NCBI GenBank assembly: GCA_964106915.2
Contig: OZ066923.1
Source of the DNA: Podarcis gaigeae
Taxonomy: Eukaryota
Length of the DNA stretch: 64,000 bases
Direction: 5' to 3' (one strand)
In this document: positions 23,117-36,029 of the stretch, piece after piece
How the letters are laid out: each line of letters starts with the position of its first letter
How positions within the stretch are numbered: position 1 is the first letter of the stretch
Notes under the pieces: model-generated
What the model saw: the letters and a program-made list of their open reading frames with translations, nothing else
The model's database searches: none
Told to the model about the DNA's origin: nothing
Program-made: the position numbers and the translations under genes

Positions 23117-26100
23117 GTAAGACAAAGTTTTTCTTGTGATCACAAATAAAGTTTTTGAAGTCTAATATTTCAAAATACTTGAGCATTTCCAGAAAACAGG
23201 CTTGTTCACTGCAATTATGAATGATACCTGGGAATATTTAAGCATATTAATACATGATAAGGAGGCATGTAGCATTATATGAAAAGTTGTATATCTAAAA
23301 AAACCTCACAGTCTTTGTGTCCAGTTACAGTATTGCCATTCAAAATGATGTATTGAGTTTATAGCTTTCAATAGTACCTATGATTGGTGTATTAGTTCTT
23401 CAATTGCAGAATAATCCTACAGGTGGTGTTGATACTGAAGATGAATTTTCCCCCTAGTATTAAAACTACTGGGAAGGCTAATATTGCTATTCTTCAGTGA
23501 AACATTGCTATAATTGTGGGTGGGGTGGGAATATATGTGCATGCAATATTTTCCTTGATTTGTTAAGTAGTGGGTAGGTTTATCACAACTGTTACCCATG
23601 ATTGATAACTTCTACCTCCAGGTGCAGCATTTCTGAGTACAGATGCTGGTGCCAAACAATGAAGGAGCGTTTGCATGGTGGTTGTAGATATTTTGTAGTC
23701 ACTTTTACAAATTAGATGGTAGACCTGTAGGTTTGCTCCAGCAGGACTTCTCCTATCTCAGTACCTGGAAAAAACAGTACTGTGAGCGTAATAAGGCACC
23801 AAGAACAGTATCTTCACTAATTAGAATGAATAACCTAGTGCTTTGTAAGTGGTGGAGCAGAAAAATGTTGTACATTTCATTGCTAATCATGTAGCTTTGG
23901 TGTAACCTCTGCATGTAGTTGTTTACTACTTCAGGGGAAAGGATAGGAAACAGCTTTTCTCTTACTTATTTTAGTACAGTGTTTAGATTAAGCATCTAAA
24001 ATGAGTCCTCAATAGGTACTTGCCTAGCAGGTGCTTGTCCTGTGGGAAATATGTAGCAAACTGCCAGGTTGCTCTCATTGAGTGGTAGCCAGTGAGAGTT
24101 AACACATGATTGTACAGAGCAGCAAATACAGGACTTGGGTGCTTTATGTAAAATGGGTGAGGAACTATATCTAGCTGGTGGGCTGTACCCTGGTTTCTCC
24201 TGCCGAGGGTGGGCCATTTTGACAGGTAGGTGAGCCTCTGCCCACCTGGAAATTACTCTATGTCACTGTGATGGCAGTTGACACATTTTTACTTGGTAGT
24301 GCTACAAAGGAAATTCTAGTTCATTCAAGCCTGACTTGGAAGTTACCATCAAGTTGCTGATACAGGCCAACTTCATGCTCTACTTTGAGCAGGGATTTAG
24401 TGCGTTATGGAGTACTGTATGGGGAACTCCATGGTTCAGCTGATCCCAGCAGGGCTGCTGTCACTGCCAAAACCAGCTGATCAGCAGTGATAGCAAGTCT
24501 CCCTTCCCAATGAATAATTGGGAGTGTACTTTAAGGCTCCCAGTAGATCATGACTGCCATTGCACAATCTGCTCCATACCTGATATCACATGACATCAGT
24601 TGTGGGGTAGGTGGGTGTGGTTTTGGGAAAGCAGCCTCACAAGCCAAATTGGGAACAGTTCTAGGTCTAAGTAGGCCCACAAACCAGAGGGTCCTCATGC
24701 CTGGTGATAGATATAGTCAGAAACATATGAAGGGCACACGTTGGTGAGGATTTCTTTATTAGAATAGATCTATGCAGTCTTCGCATATAATACCCTTTCA
24801 CCTGTCTTTTGAAAACTCATTTGCTCTAATGACTAAACATAACAATGTGTTCAGTCTCCGTAGTGTGGCCCTCACTGGCAGGTTTACTACTTAGATGCAG
24901 ACTGGGTTTGCAAGTTGCTTGGCTGATGAGCTTGCTTGATCAGTCAACCTGCTTGCCTTACAGTTCCATCTTTGTGAGCTGATTAGCTTGTCAAAGAGTG
25001 GAGCTTGTAAAGGGGATATAGCAAATTCTGATCTTTGGTTCCTAAGGTCTGCAGAATCTCAGTTGATAGTTCAGACATAGGTCTTGTAAGCAGACAAGGC
25101 AATAACTAAAGTAACAAAGTAGAACAAAGATTTTAAAGTTTGGATGTATATAGGTGCAGTGGCAAGATAAGAATAACATTTTATTTTTAGAAAGCTTGTT
25201 TTTTTATGGGGAGAATGGACTTCACACTGTCAGCGAGGAAATGGAAGTGTGTGACCAAAAAAATAGTACAGTATGTGTTCTTTGTTTTTGTTTAACTCAG
25301 GCAGTGGGAAGGCATGTGAGGCTGGGCTTTAGCAGTGAAATGTAACTACTATTGTAGGTGCAGTTGGCTACACACATATTCAAGTGACAAAATATGAATT
25401 TCAAATTATCAAAAGTAGTGCCAGTTTTTATAGTGAGATGAAATCTGGAATTTCAGAAAAATATGTAGCATCACTGCTTAGCATAACTTGAAACAGCACC
25501 GTCTTATAATATAAAATAATTTTCCCATTGTAAATATAACACCCCCCCTACAAAAATACTTAATGATCCATGTTTTATCAACATGTGTGATTTCTTGTAT
25601 ATTTGGCTGGTCAGTTGAACAGTGTCCTAACCCTGAAAGAGAATGCAAGTGTTTGATTCAGTCTGAGAACTTACTGGAATCTAAATTGAAGAGTAGAGGA
25701 ATCCTGGCCCCAGATGCAGGGAATTAATCAACATTTTTTGTAGATGAATTCTTGAAGCAAAAACATTTTTTGCTTGACATGAGAGAGCTTGTTGCTATTG
25801 AGGAATGTTTTTGTGACAGGACTGCTACATTACTGTACTTCCATCGCTATTTCTGTGCTTGAGATGGCAGCTTTTTAAAAATAAAGTGAATGAGGTGGAC
25901 ACACCCACTGCAGAATGCTTCACTGCCAGTGACTATTGTAGGTACATGTTCACATTTGGAAGTTGGGGAAGTAGAATCACTTCAATTTTGTCTACTAGTG
26001 AATGTTTTGGTTTACATGGGAAATGATTTTAGCAAGGTATATGTGAATGAGGTGGGCAGTGATGCTTGGAGAAGGGAAGTCTTGCAGTCATTGCTGATTT

Positions 26101-29100
26101 CGGTGGCATCTTGATAGAAGTTGTGGAAGCACTATCTCAGAAACAGGGTTAACATGTGGAGTAAAGAACAAATATGACAGTGACAAGGCCCTACAATTTG
26201 CTGGCCATGCCCTCCCCCTAGCAAGCATCTTTCACCTCACCTCCTCACCTGGTCAGGAGAGCATGCATGTTTGGGATCTGCAGCTCAAAGGAAGTGACAT
26301 CCAACAACCTTCTCGGCTTCACTGATGTGGTCCAAAGGAAAGGAAAGTTTGGTTGCAGGAGTTGCTGGAAGGAGATATACAGGGCACCATCCAACTGTCT
26401 TAGGGATTCCATTTTGGATTGTGCAGGGTTTACTCCTTAGCCTTTTCTTCACCTGAACATGTCCCACAAAGTAGCGGGTATGGATTTTTTCTCAGGGTTT
26501 ACTGGTCAGTTCACCGCCTGTTATATGACTCAGGCTGGGAACAGGTTGTGTTCTATCTCTAAGAGCTACTGAAGTAAAGATACATTGTGCCACCTTCTGA
26601 TCTCCACTATAATGATAACTCCCATTTAATATTACTACTTTGGGGAAGGGTTGCTATTTATGTATTGCCCTTAAAAATAACGTGTATTCTGTGGCTTCCA
26701 AGATAAAAACTGTAACACCTCTTTCCACATGGATTTCCTGGAAAACATTCTGAGAGTGATCTAGTTTGCCATATTTTTTTGTATTTAATAAACAAAACTA
26801 AAATATATGAAACTATCAAGCTTGCTTAATATTTGCATTTGGCATCTTTTAATTTTTTCTAATGAACTTATAAAACAGAAAAATTTTCATGGAAAAATAA
26901 AGCTCTGAAAAGTTTTCTGCTCCACATTACTGCTGCACATTGTTGAGAACTCTTGTGCTTTGCATGGACATGAAACACATGAATAGTGGCTCTGGAGTGA
27001 TGCAGTTTCCTTTTCTCAATCTATGGGGCTTGTATGTTTTGGTTCCCAAAGCACCTAGAATTCTAAGTTGCAAACATTTTTATTTATTACCTGATTATAT
27101 CAGGCCCTCAAGGTCTGAGCCAGCAGAAATTCTTGCTGGCTCTTTCTTGGTGGCAGTTGTTTAACCTAACCCTGGTTTGGGAAAGGTTTTGAATTTGAGA
27201 GCAAAACAGGTATGTTTACCTAAAGATGCTTGAAGCCAATAAAAAATCAATATAGATTAACGACAAAGTTGCAAAGCAACAACACCGTCTTTCAAATGGA
27301 TGCAAATATGTATTTGATCAACACAGTTATAGGTGGCAGTTTAGAATTTGATTTCATATGGTTGTATCCAATAGTAGCCTTGCTGTATTGAAAAGTGTTT
27401 CTGCTCTCAAGATAGGGAACATACCTTTTACTGATCCCACTACCTTCTGCAGACCTTAGTGCCATATTTCATAGAAGGGCTGGTCAAATAACTAGATTTA
27501 AACTGGCTAAACTTAAAGGTGCAAATATAATCCTCATTAATTTATTGATCACCTTCTTAAAAACCATCTCAAGGTGATGTATAATTAAAACAAGTTATAA
27601 CACAAAAATAGCAGATTCATTTAAAACAAAAATGAAATCAAGCAAAGTAGACAGTTATGATATAGAACAGTTAATGCTGCTGGTAAAACCTGTTGGTACA
27701 AACATGTCACTTATTTCAGGAAAGTACAGGTAGAGAAGGGTGCCTGTTGTATCTTGACAGGAATTCTATTCCACAGAGTGGGGACAGCCACAATCTGCTC
27801 CGAGTTACTGCAGAGTGGGCTTCTGAGATCTTTGAAACTTGCAGGAGAAACTTAACTGCAGGTGTTTTCAGATAGCCAAATAGCAGTTAGAAAGACAGTC
27901 ACTCTGCTACCAGATCTAGCTTTGTGACTTTAAGCCCACAAAATGTAGTGCTGCAACCTTTCATCAGCTGAAGAAGCTTCATAATTCTATAATGATAATT
28001 TCAGTTCCTAAAGATTAGTTGGCTTATGTAAACAGATTTTTAGAAAACTATTTCTTTATTACCAAAAGTTCTTAAGAAAAACTGCAGGTTTCAGGCATAA
28101 TTTGGGGGCATAGCTTTTTTCTTCAGAAAGGCAAATGTTCTTCTAGGATGGTGCCGCCTGTAACATAGGCACGGATAATCCGAACACTGAATGTATTCCC
28201 CTTAAACAGTTTCATTCTATGCAAACGTTTACAGAGCTAAATTTTAATGCACCTTTACTCAAAATGCATTTTTTAGTATTGTGCGTTCTTACTCAAGCAA
28301 ATCCATTGATCAAAGTAGGACTACTGATAAATGTACATATCATTGCAGGCTTAGTCTGTTGGCTATACCTCACAAGATTGATAAACTCTACTAAGATTTC
28401 TTTAATAGTCTGACAACTTTAATAATATAATAATACTTAACATGTGAAGATTCAGTTTAATGAGCAATTGGAGTATACTGTCTTCAAATCCTGAAATTTA
28501 CTTGAGTGGTGATTGGAGAAGCAAAGAAGATTGTTTAACGTGAATTGTAGATATGGTTTTGCTCTGCTTCTGTCAGTTTTAGCAGAAAGGACACTCTTTT
28601 TCGCTTGGACACCCCCATTTGTAATGTATGTTCTTAAGCTAGCTGAAGAGCCTATTAGAGGGAAATCTGAAATGGAGGCTGAGACTCAAGAGTGTATTCA
28701 ACTGGTTTGGCTGTTGGCAGAGTGCCCAAGTTTCACTTTTTGAGGTGGAGTTGGTACAAGCTGACAACAAGCATGCTTGATCTGTGTTGCTCTCCAACCA
28801 GCTGTTGTCGATACCCCACAACCGAGTCTAGAAGAGTAAACTGGGAACAGGAGGTTTTTGAGGGGTCTAAAAATGAAAAGTGTGAAAGTATTTTGTAGCC
28901 TACGTATAGCTGAGCTTCATCTTCAAATGAAATACTTCGCTTCTTTTGTATGGCAAAGCAAAATGGCATGGCTGTTGTGCATATCAGGACGAGCATTTTC
29001 TTCTACTTTCATGGGGTTATAATATATAGGTGCTTTATCTGCAGGAAACATTCTTGTCAACCAACACTTTGTTGTACAAAGGTTTGATACTTGTGCTTTT

Positions 29101-30339
29101 ATAAAAGCCCTTATCCTGAATTCTAAATACAGTAGGTGGAAAGCAGTGGTGCTTTCCACCTAAAATGGATCTAATTTTCCCCAATGCCCAGTTTAAATCA
29201 GCTTTACAAATCTAATTATGATAATTGTTGGACTTAGTCTTATACTATATATAGCTGTCTCAAAACTCTATACCATATAGCACTGTGTACTATAGATGTG
29301 GTATAAATGTTAGTAAATCATATTCAAAGCTTTACTAAAAATTTTTTTATTACTTGCAACTATTTTAAGACAATTTAGTGTTATGCACTTTGCTTAAATT
29401 TAATTGGGGGGGGGGAGGAAGCACTGAAAATTGTTAACATATGCTAATTTTATCAAGCCCAAACAGCTGTACATGAGAGAGAGAGAATGAACTGTGTTCA
29501 TTTACGTTGAAGTGACTTAGTTAGATATAACTGACAGTAGTTTGGAATACTCTGGATTTATTTTTGTTTTACTTCTGTTCAGGTGTTCAGTGTTTTGTTT
29601 TTTAAAAGGTGTGTTTCCATCCATTCATATAAATTGGCCTGTTCTGGCTCTAATTGAGCACAGTACAATGATTCTACAATCTTCTGGTGTCATTGAATAT
29701 ACTCTAGAACTCTTGCATTTGAGCTGTAATTTAATTTTATTATGTGTGTGAAAAGGTGAGTCACGTTTTCTTGAACAGCAGTTAAGAATTATGGATTAGT
29801 AGTTACTTGGCATATCATTGGTATACATGAGCTACAGTAAATATCATTGATGGGTGTAGAATAACCAGACCTTGATATCTGAACATTATGCATGCAGTCC
29901 AAGTGGAATTAAGCAACAACTGCAGTACAAGATCTTGCAGGTAGAACTAAATGAAGTTGGGATGTAACTTGGTGGCAAATTTTTGTTTGTACTTTTATTT
30001 ATTTTTGAATAATTTCAAAGAACAATTGTACAAGACAAGACAATTGTACATAACATAAATATACAACCACATGTGAAAGGGAAATGTCAGGATGAAATTG
30101 GGATTAATCTCTGATTAGTTTCACAATAGGAAGTGTGCACAGTTTGAACCTGGGACATCTTGTACACAACCCCTGGCATTTCTAGTTAGGGCTGGAAAAG
30201 GCTACTGTCTGAAATGTTGGAGAGCCACTGCCAATCAGACTGTAGATGATAAAGACCTAGCAGCAGCAATGGTTTTACTTGGTCTAAGGCATTTTCCTAT
30301 GTTCTTGTGCACCATATTAGCAACACCAAGGATGTGGAA

Positions 30340-30455
30340 TGTGTTTCGTTTCAGATGTTGTTGAACTCCGATTCCCTTCAGGCCCAGCCAGCGTGGCCAG
30401 TGATCAGAGTTGGTAGGAGTTGGAAGCCCACATAGAGGGTCTCTGGTTCCCAATC
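30340..30455. mobile_element. degenerate palindromic hAT-type MITE
   Basis: CAGATGTTGTTGAACT...GGAGTTGG...GGTTCCCAATCCTG, same family as above. Confidence 0.5.
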
Positions 30456-30573
30456 CTGGAATTTTTGTGTGGTATAAAGGATATGGTTCAAAACCTATAT
30501 GTATGCAAGAACTGACAAAGTCATAATTGAATAGCATAGTTTCTGGGGCTTCAGTAAAAAAAGACATGATATA

Positions 30574-30812
30574 CAGTGGTACCTCTGGATGCAAACGGGA
30601 TCCATTCCGGAGCCCTGTTTGCATCCTGAGTAGAATGTAACACCCGTGTGCGTGGGTCACGCTTCACCACTTCTGCAATGCACGTGACAGCATTTTGAGC
30701 ACATGTGCGAGTGGCGAAACCCGGAAGTAACTCGTTCTGTTACTTCCGGGTCGCCGCAGAGCATAACCTGAAAACGCTCAACCTGAAGCATATTTAACCC
30801 GAGGTCTGACTG
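30574..30812. mobile_element. Tc1/mariner (Tigger-like) MITE
   Basis: TA|CAGTGGTACCTC...GAGGTCTGACTG|TA with an internal ACCCGGAAGTAAC/GTTACTTCCGGGT hairpin. Confidence 0.8.
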
Positions 30813-31109
30813 TATTTGATACATAAATGAACTCCAAGAAAGGACACATTTTGATCCATTGATTTACATGTTGGCATTGTCTAACAAGTGTTTTGACCAC
30901 TTAAGGATTCAATATGCCACATATTAAAATGAACTGAAAGTTTTGGCTTTGCAATAATAAACCTCCTTAACTCTTAGTAAATACTGAATTTAATTCAAAT
31001 GCTGTAATCTTATATGTCTGGGGAAAGTCCATCTTGTCTTCTCCTTTATTTTTTCTTGATGATGGTTCACATATATTTTCTTAGAGCAAACATGCTAGAG
31101 TAGCTTGCA

Positions 31110-31220
31110 ACAGTGTTTGAAATTAGCCAGGCACATTTTGCACCTGGCTATCAGCCACTTGTGACCAAGTAAAGAAGCCTAAGTGTGAGGATGGCGCCTG
31201 ACATTTCCACCATCTGGAGG
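31110..31220 (+). mobile_element. DNA-transposon end fragment, second copy at ~38247-38360
   Basis: Both loci share GAAATTAGCCAGGCAC..CATTTTGCACCTGGCTATCAG.CACTTG...CCTGACAT, preceded by CAG. Confidence 0.55.
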
Positions 31221-32170
31221 TGCATGCCCCAGGATCTTGGATTTTGATTGTTTTCACACACTAATAAAACATCCTTTAGAATTCTATAAGTTTTATTTTA
31301 TCTACAAAATCAGAATGAATTTCAGGAACCAACATGCTTTATCTGTGCAGTCTGAGCAGGAGCAGTGAACAATGTTATAGTTAATTGTTGTAGCTTCTCT
31401 TCACCTACCCCACTTACATTATGAATGGTCTGTGTCACCATTAAGAAAAAGAGGTAAGAATAGGCCTATATGTATGGGTGAAATGTCCCTGGATAAAGTG
31501 GCTATTCCTCCTTAAGTTCACAAAGTTCTGAGTTTCTAACACTGGTTTATAGTGGGAGTGTGGTCAGTTTGGGCTTTTAAAATGCACATGCTGCAGACTG
31601 AATTTAACAGGGGAGGTGGAGTAAATTGCATTCTTGAAACAGAAGTTTCCAGTGCCATCTGCTCTGTTAGCATCTATAGAGAATTTTCCAAATTTGAGTA
31701 TTTAGAGGATCAGTTTGCTGCCAAGAACGTGTGTGGAGAACCACCCCCTCCCAAATATAGGAGCTTCTACTACTCATTGTTATGTTTAATCAGTGAATGT
31801 GAATATTGTCAGTTCCCTGAGCAATGACTGAAGAATAAATACCACAAGTTTATTTTAATTGTTGTTGTTGTTTATTAAATTGATATAGTTTTCTTCAACC
31901 AAAGATCACAGAGTGGTTCGCAACATAATATGGCCTTAACTGGGATTTAACAATCGGCCTGTAAGAGAGCCAGTGCAGATCTACTCTTCACATCTACTCT
32001 TCACATCTCAGCCATATTACACTTAATGGTAGTTGGCTATGCTGGTTCAATGACATTGATAATTTAGTTAGTTAGAGGCTTGGAAGAATGGCTCATGAAG
32101 ATAATTTAGCAGAGTGAAGAATTCTACAGGCTAGAAACACAGTAGGCACCAAGCCTTTTGTGTTCCTATA

Positions 32171-32470
32171 CAGTGGTACCTTGGTTTGCAACTGCTTTGG
32201 ATTACAACCATTTTGGATTACAAACACATCAAACCCGGAAGTGCGTGCCCCTTTTTTGGGATTCTAACCCTTTTTTTAATTACAACCCATTTGGGGGGGG
32301 GGGAGGCCCCATTTGCGAAAGCGCACCTTGGGTTACAAACTGTTTTGGTTCACAACCGGACCTCCGGAATGGATTATGGATGTAAACCAAGGTACCCTTG
32401 GGTTACAAACTGTTTTGGTTCACAACTGGACCTCCGGAATGGATTATGGTTGTAAACCAAGGTACCACTG
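32171..32470. mobile_element. Tc1/mariner (Tigger-like) MITE with a 70-bp internal tandem duplication
   Basis: TIRs CAGTGGTACCTTGGTTT and AAACCAAGGTACCACTG, TA on both sides. Confidence 0.88.
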
Positions 32471-33190
32471 TACTTTATGTCTGCAAATCCAGCAAACAAA
32501 GCAAATGGACTAGTGGCAGAGGCATGAGTCACTCCACACCTCCCTGTTCTTCCTTTTCCTACTTGTGTAGCATAGAGGTACTACAGGCTGGTGGCAGGGG
32601 AATGAAGTGCTTCATTTCTCTGCCGCCAGCTCTCTTGCTTTCTAGGATGGACAGGTATTAGGGAGCTTGACCTCTAGAATCCAGTATGAAAATTCAGGGG
32701 GCTGGCAGTGGTGCGTTGAAATGTTTCATCTCTTTGCCAGCTGTCCACTTGATTCCTGTGCACAGCATACTGCGCACCTTCCCACCTCCTATGCTCTAGC
32801 AAATGAAAACTTTAAACATTCTTTAAAAAGCAATAATAAACTCTAACCAGTCACTCTGAAGTTGGCTACAGCAACTACCAGAGGAACAACATATTGTGCC
32901 TGCCAGTTTATGTATAACTTCATGATCTATGCTGTCAAGGTAGATCTAAACCTATGTAGTCTTAATTTTCAGGGTTGCCTATGTGGCATGTTTTGAGGTA
33001 CACAAACTGAAGATACAAGGATGACAGAGCAAATGGGATGACTTAGCAAGAGCCGAACACCTTGCAATTGTCTTCTGTTCCCCAGTAGAAGGATAGTAGA
33101 GAGGCTCCATTCTCCACTGATGTAACCAAGCTTGTGTGTTCAGTTATTTTTCCATGCTTCTCTATGTTTGAGGCTAAGGAACATTACTAC

Positions 33191-34082
33191 TAGGCCTGGG
33201 TGATATATCGCCCAAGACCGGTATGAGGAACAGGCCGCGATGTCTGCTTCACTCAGCAGTATTTCGCTGATTGAAACAGCCATCCCACTTCGTTCTCATA
33301 TGACAGAGAGCTGTATCTGTGAAGTGCATCTTTAAACTGCCCGACTGAGGAGTGTGCAGCTGCCCTTGCATCAGTCGAGCAGTCAAAAGAGCCCCCAGCC
33401 CTGCGCTAACTCCTGCAGGCTAGCGGTGCTGTGAAACTGCTCAGCTGAGGATAGCGTGATTACTGCTCCCCATAGCGAGCCATTAAAAGAGCCCTGATGC
33501 TCTGCCCACTCATGGGCGTTCCCTCCCCCCAGCTGAGTGGCACAAAGCAGCTCCAATGCTATTGCTGCTCACACGAGAGAGCACCGGGGCTGTGAGAGCT
33601 GGGGCAGTTTCAGCTGGTGTCTCGCTGGCAGAGGCAAATGCATCTTGTTTTTTCAACATTGTGGTATATCGCCAAACTGCGATGTTTGGCTGGCAATACA
33701 CCACTATGTTGAAAAGCGGATGATGATGATGACGACGACAACAACAAATTTATTACCTGCCCATCTGGCTGAGTTTCCCCAGCCACTCTGGGCAGCTCCC
33801 GATCGAGTGTTAAAAACAATACAGCATTAAATATTAAAATCTTCCCTAAACAGGGCTGCCTTTAGATGTCTTTTAAAAATAGGACAGCTGCTTATTTCCT
33901 TGACATCTAATGGGAGGGCGTTCCACAGGGCGGGCACCACTGCCGAGAAGGCCCTCTGTCTGGTTCCCCGTAACTTCGCTTCTCGCAGTGAGGGAACCGC
34001 CAGAAGGCCCTTGGCGCTGGATCTCAGTGTCCAGACTGAACGAAGGGGGTGGAGATGCTCCTTCAGGTATCTCCCAGCCCTA
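33191..34082. mobile_element. non-autonomous hAT element carrying a nested L2 insertion
   Basis: TIRs TAGGCCTGGGTGATA and TATCTCCCAGCCCTA, 8-bp TSD ATTACTAC (33183-33190 and 34083-34090). Confidence 0.85.
33718..34070 (-). mobile_element. L2 LINE 3' fragment (same family as 12293-13139)
   Basis: Close match to 12330-12650 (CCCATCTGGCTG...GGGAGGGCGTTCCACAGGGCGGG...CCTTCAGGTAT), with a (GAT/GAC/AAC)n tail. Confidence 0.88.
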
Positions 34083-34780
34083 ATTACTACTACTATACTA
34101 CAGAATTATGTCTGTTTTATATTCACCTCAACTTATTAGCAGTGTGACCTTTTAGGGGGTGGCATCAGCTGTCTCTACTGGAGAACAGGGTATGTTGATG
34201 AGTATTAGATAATGTAAAAGATAATGATATCAGAAAGTTTTGGAAGGGAATTTCCAGTAAGTTACAGTAGTGCATAGAATAGACTCTTCCACTGTAGCCA
34301 TCTAGGTTTATTTAACTGATGCTGGTTTCTTAATTATGTTCGTACCTGCTACTTTGTCTAAACCACAGATTTCCTCTTTTAAAAACAATGTGCTTGTTTT
34401 CTCTGCAACTAAAATCTCTGTGCAAAATGGACTGTGGCCAGCAGAGTTTTCTTATAATTTCCAGTAGAGATTTCCTGCTATCTAGGAACTCTACCAGCAA
34501 AATAGTATTAAATGAACTTACTTGGACAAGTAGATAAGATCTGAGACAGAGAAAATCTTCCTGTATAAAGAACCAATCATTGAAAATTACCTGCTCTGGT
34601 AGACCACACTTCTGAAAGAGGCACAGAGATTGTGTATTTTATTTATAATGGGCAGGGGTCTACCAGCTTGGAGCCGGGGAGAAGGGCAGAGCCTTGTTGC
34701 TTCAATTTCAACTGAAAACTCATGCATTTTTTTGATAACTGTTTAAAGATTGTCATGATTTAGACCAGTCCAACATTGTA

Positions 34781-34825
<45 letters not shown>
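34781..34825. repeat. (AAT)n microsatellite
   Basis: About 15 AAT units. Confidence 0.95.
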
Positions 34826-34826
<1 letters not shown>

Positions 34827-35852
34827 TATGGAGGAATTCAGCTTCATGCTGTAATGATTGTTCTGTCAGTGCATGCATTTCTGCTTGTTAGGTTGAACTG
34901 TCCCTTCTCCTCACCCCCGTGCAATGTTCTAGGGATTCTCTTGACTCGCCAGAGTAGATTTGGTGGAGCAGGTGAAGCCCCATTGTGCTAGTGGGAGATA
35001 ATTTGCTGGCTTCCACTAGCATGTTAGGTTAGGTGATTCTAGGGTGTAGTATCCACACATGTCAGGAGAACTGTTGGATTACTATTCAACAGCTAATAGT
35101 GAAAAGGTCAATAAATGTAGAAAACATCAATTTAGGCAGCTGCCAGATTCAGCTGTGTTTTTCATACATACTCACGTGTTCTGCTTATTTTGTGTGTGTG
35201 TATATATATATATATATATGCCCATTTGACAGCTTCAGTCTGGAGCACTGACACTGTTACAGGTGATTCATAATACTCATTCTGCACTTGTAAAAATTTG
35301 ACATTTAGGAACTATCAATAATTGTATTTTATATTTTTGTAAGTTGCTTAGAGGTTTTCTTAGATCAAGTGATATATAATTCTTTGTTAAACAATTAATG
35401 GCTCGGGTGTTGCTTTGATATAAAATCTTTAATCTGCCAAACCATTGAGACATTCTTTCAAATCTTCAATTTCTTCATGACCTATGATCAGAATCAGGCT
35501 CAATATTCAGATTGTAAAATTGAAGGTGTGCCTTTGGATCATAAGCATTCAAGGATAAATTAACTTTTGAGGTGCTCAGTCAATATAATTCAATATCTGG
35601 AGGAATATATATATGAAATGCTTGATTTAAAATGAAGGGAAAATGGAAAGTATTGAATGATAGCAAAATTTTATTAATTGTCAGTACAGATGGATAGTAT
35701 TAAGAGGGTATATGTAGATCAGAATTTGTTAATACTTTACAGTTTGTTGATATTCCATTTCTTGAACCAAACAGTAGTTAACCATAGTGTATACCATGAA
35801 ATGAACAGAAGAAAATGAAAATATTCCTTAATTGTCATTCTTTAATTTCTAG

Positions 35853-36029
35853 ATGGGAATGATGAACAACCCTGGTCCTTATGTACCACCATACAGCCAG
35901 AATCCTGGACAACCAATTGGAGCCAGTGGACTTGGTCCCCAGATGCAAAATAAGCCTGTATTACCTAACAGTTTACCCCAGTTTCCAATGGACAAGAAGC
36001 CAGTGCCTGGTCCAGTAATGCCTAATATG
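35853..36029 (+). CDS. EP300: p300 exon 3
   Basis: TTCTAG acceptor, GTAGGT donor, 177 nt, MGMMNNPGPY...VMPNM. Confidence 0.95.

Noticed and set aside
22403-23149. ORF-track starts and stops extending exons (also 51097-51756, 40121-40393 and others)
   Set aside because: These are intronic read-through beyond the splice sites, not separate genes.
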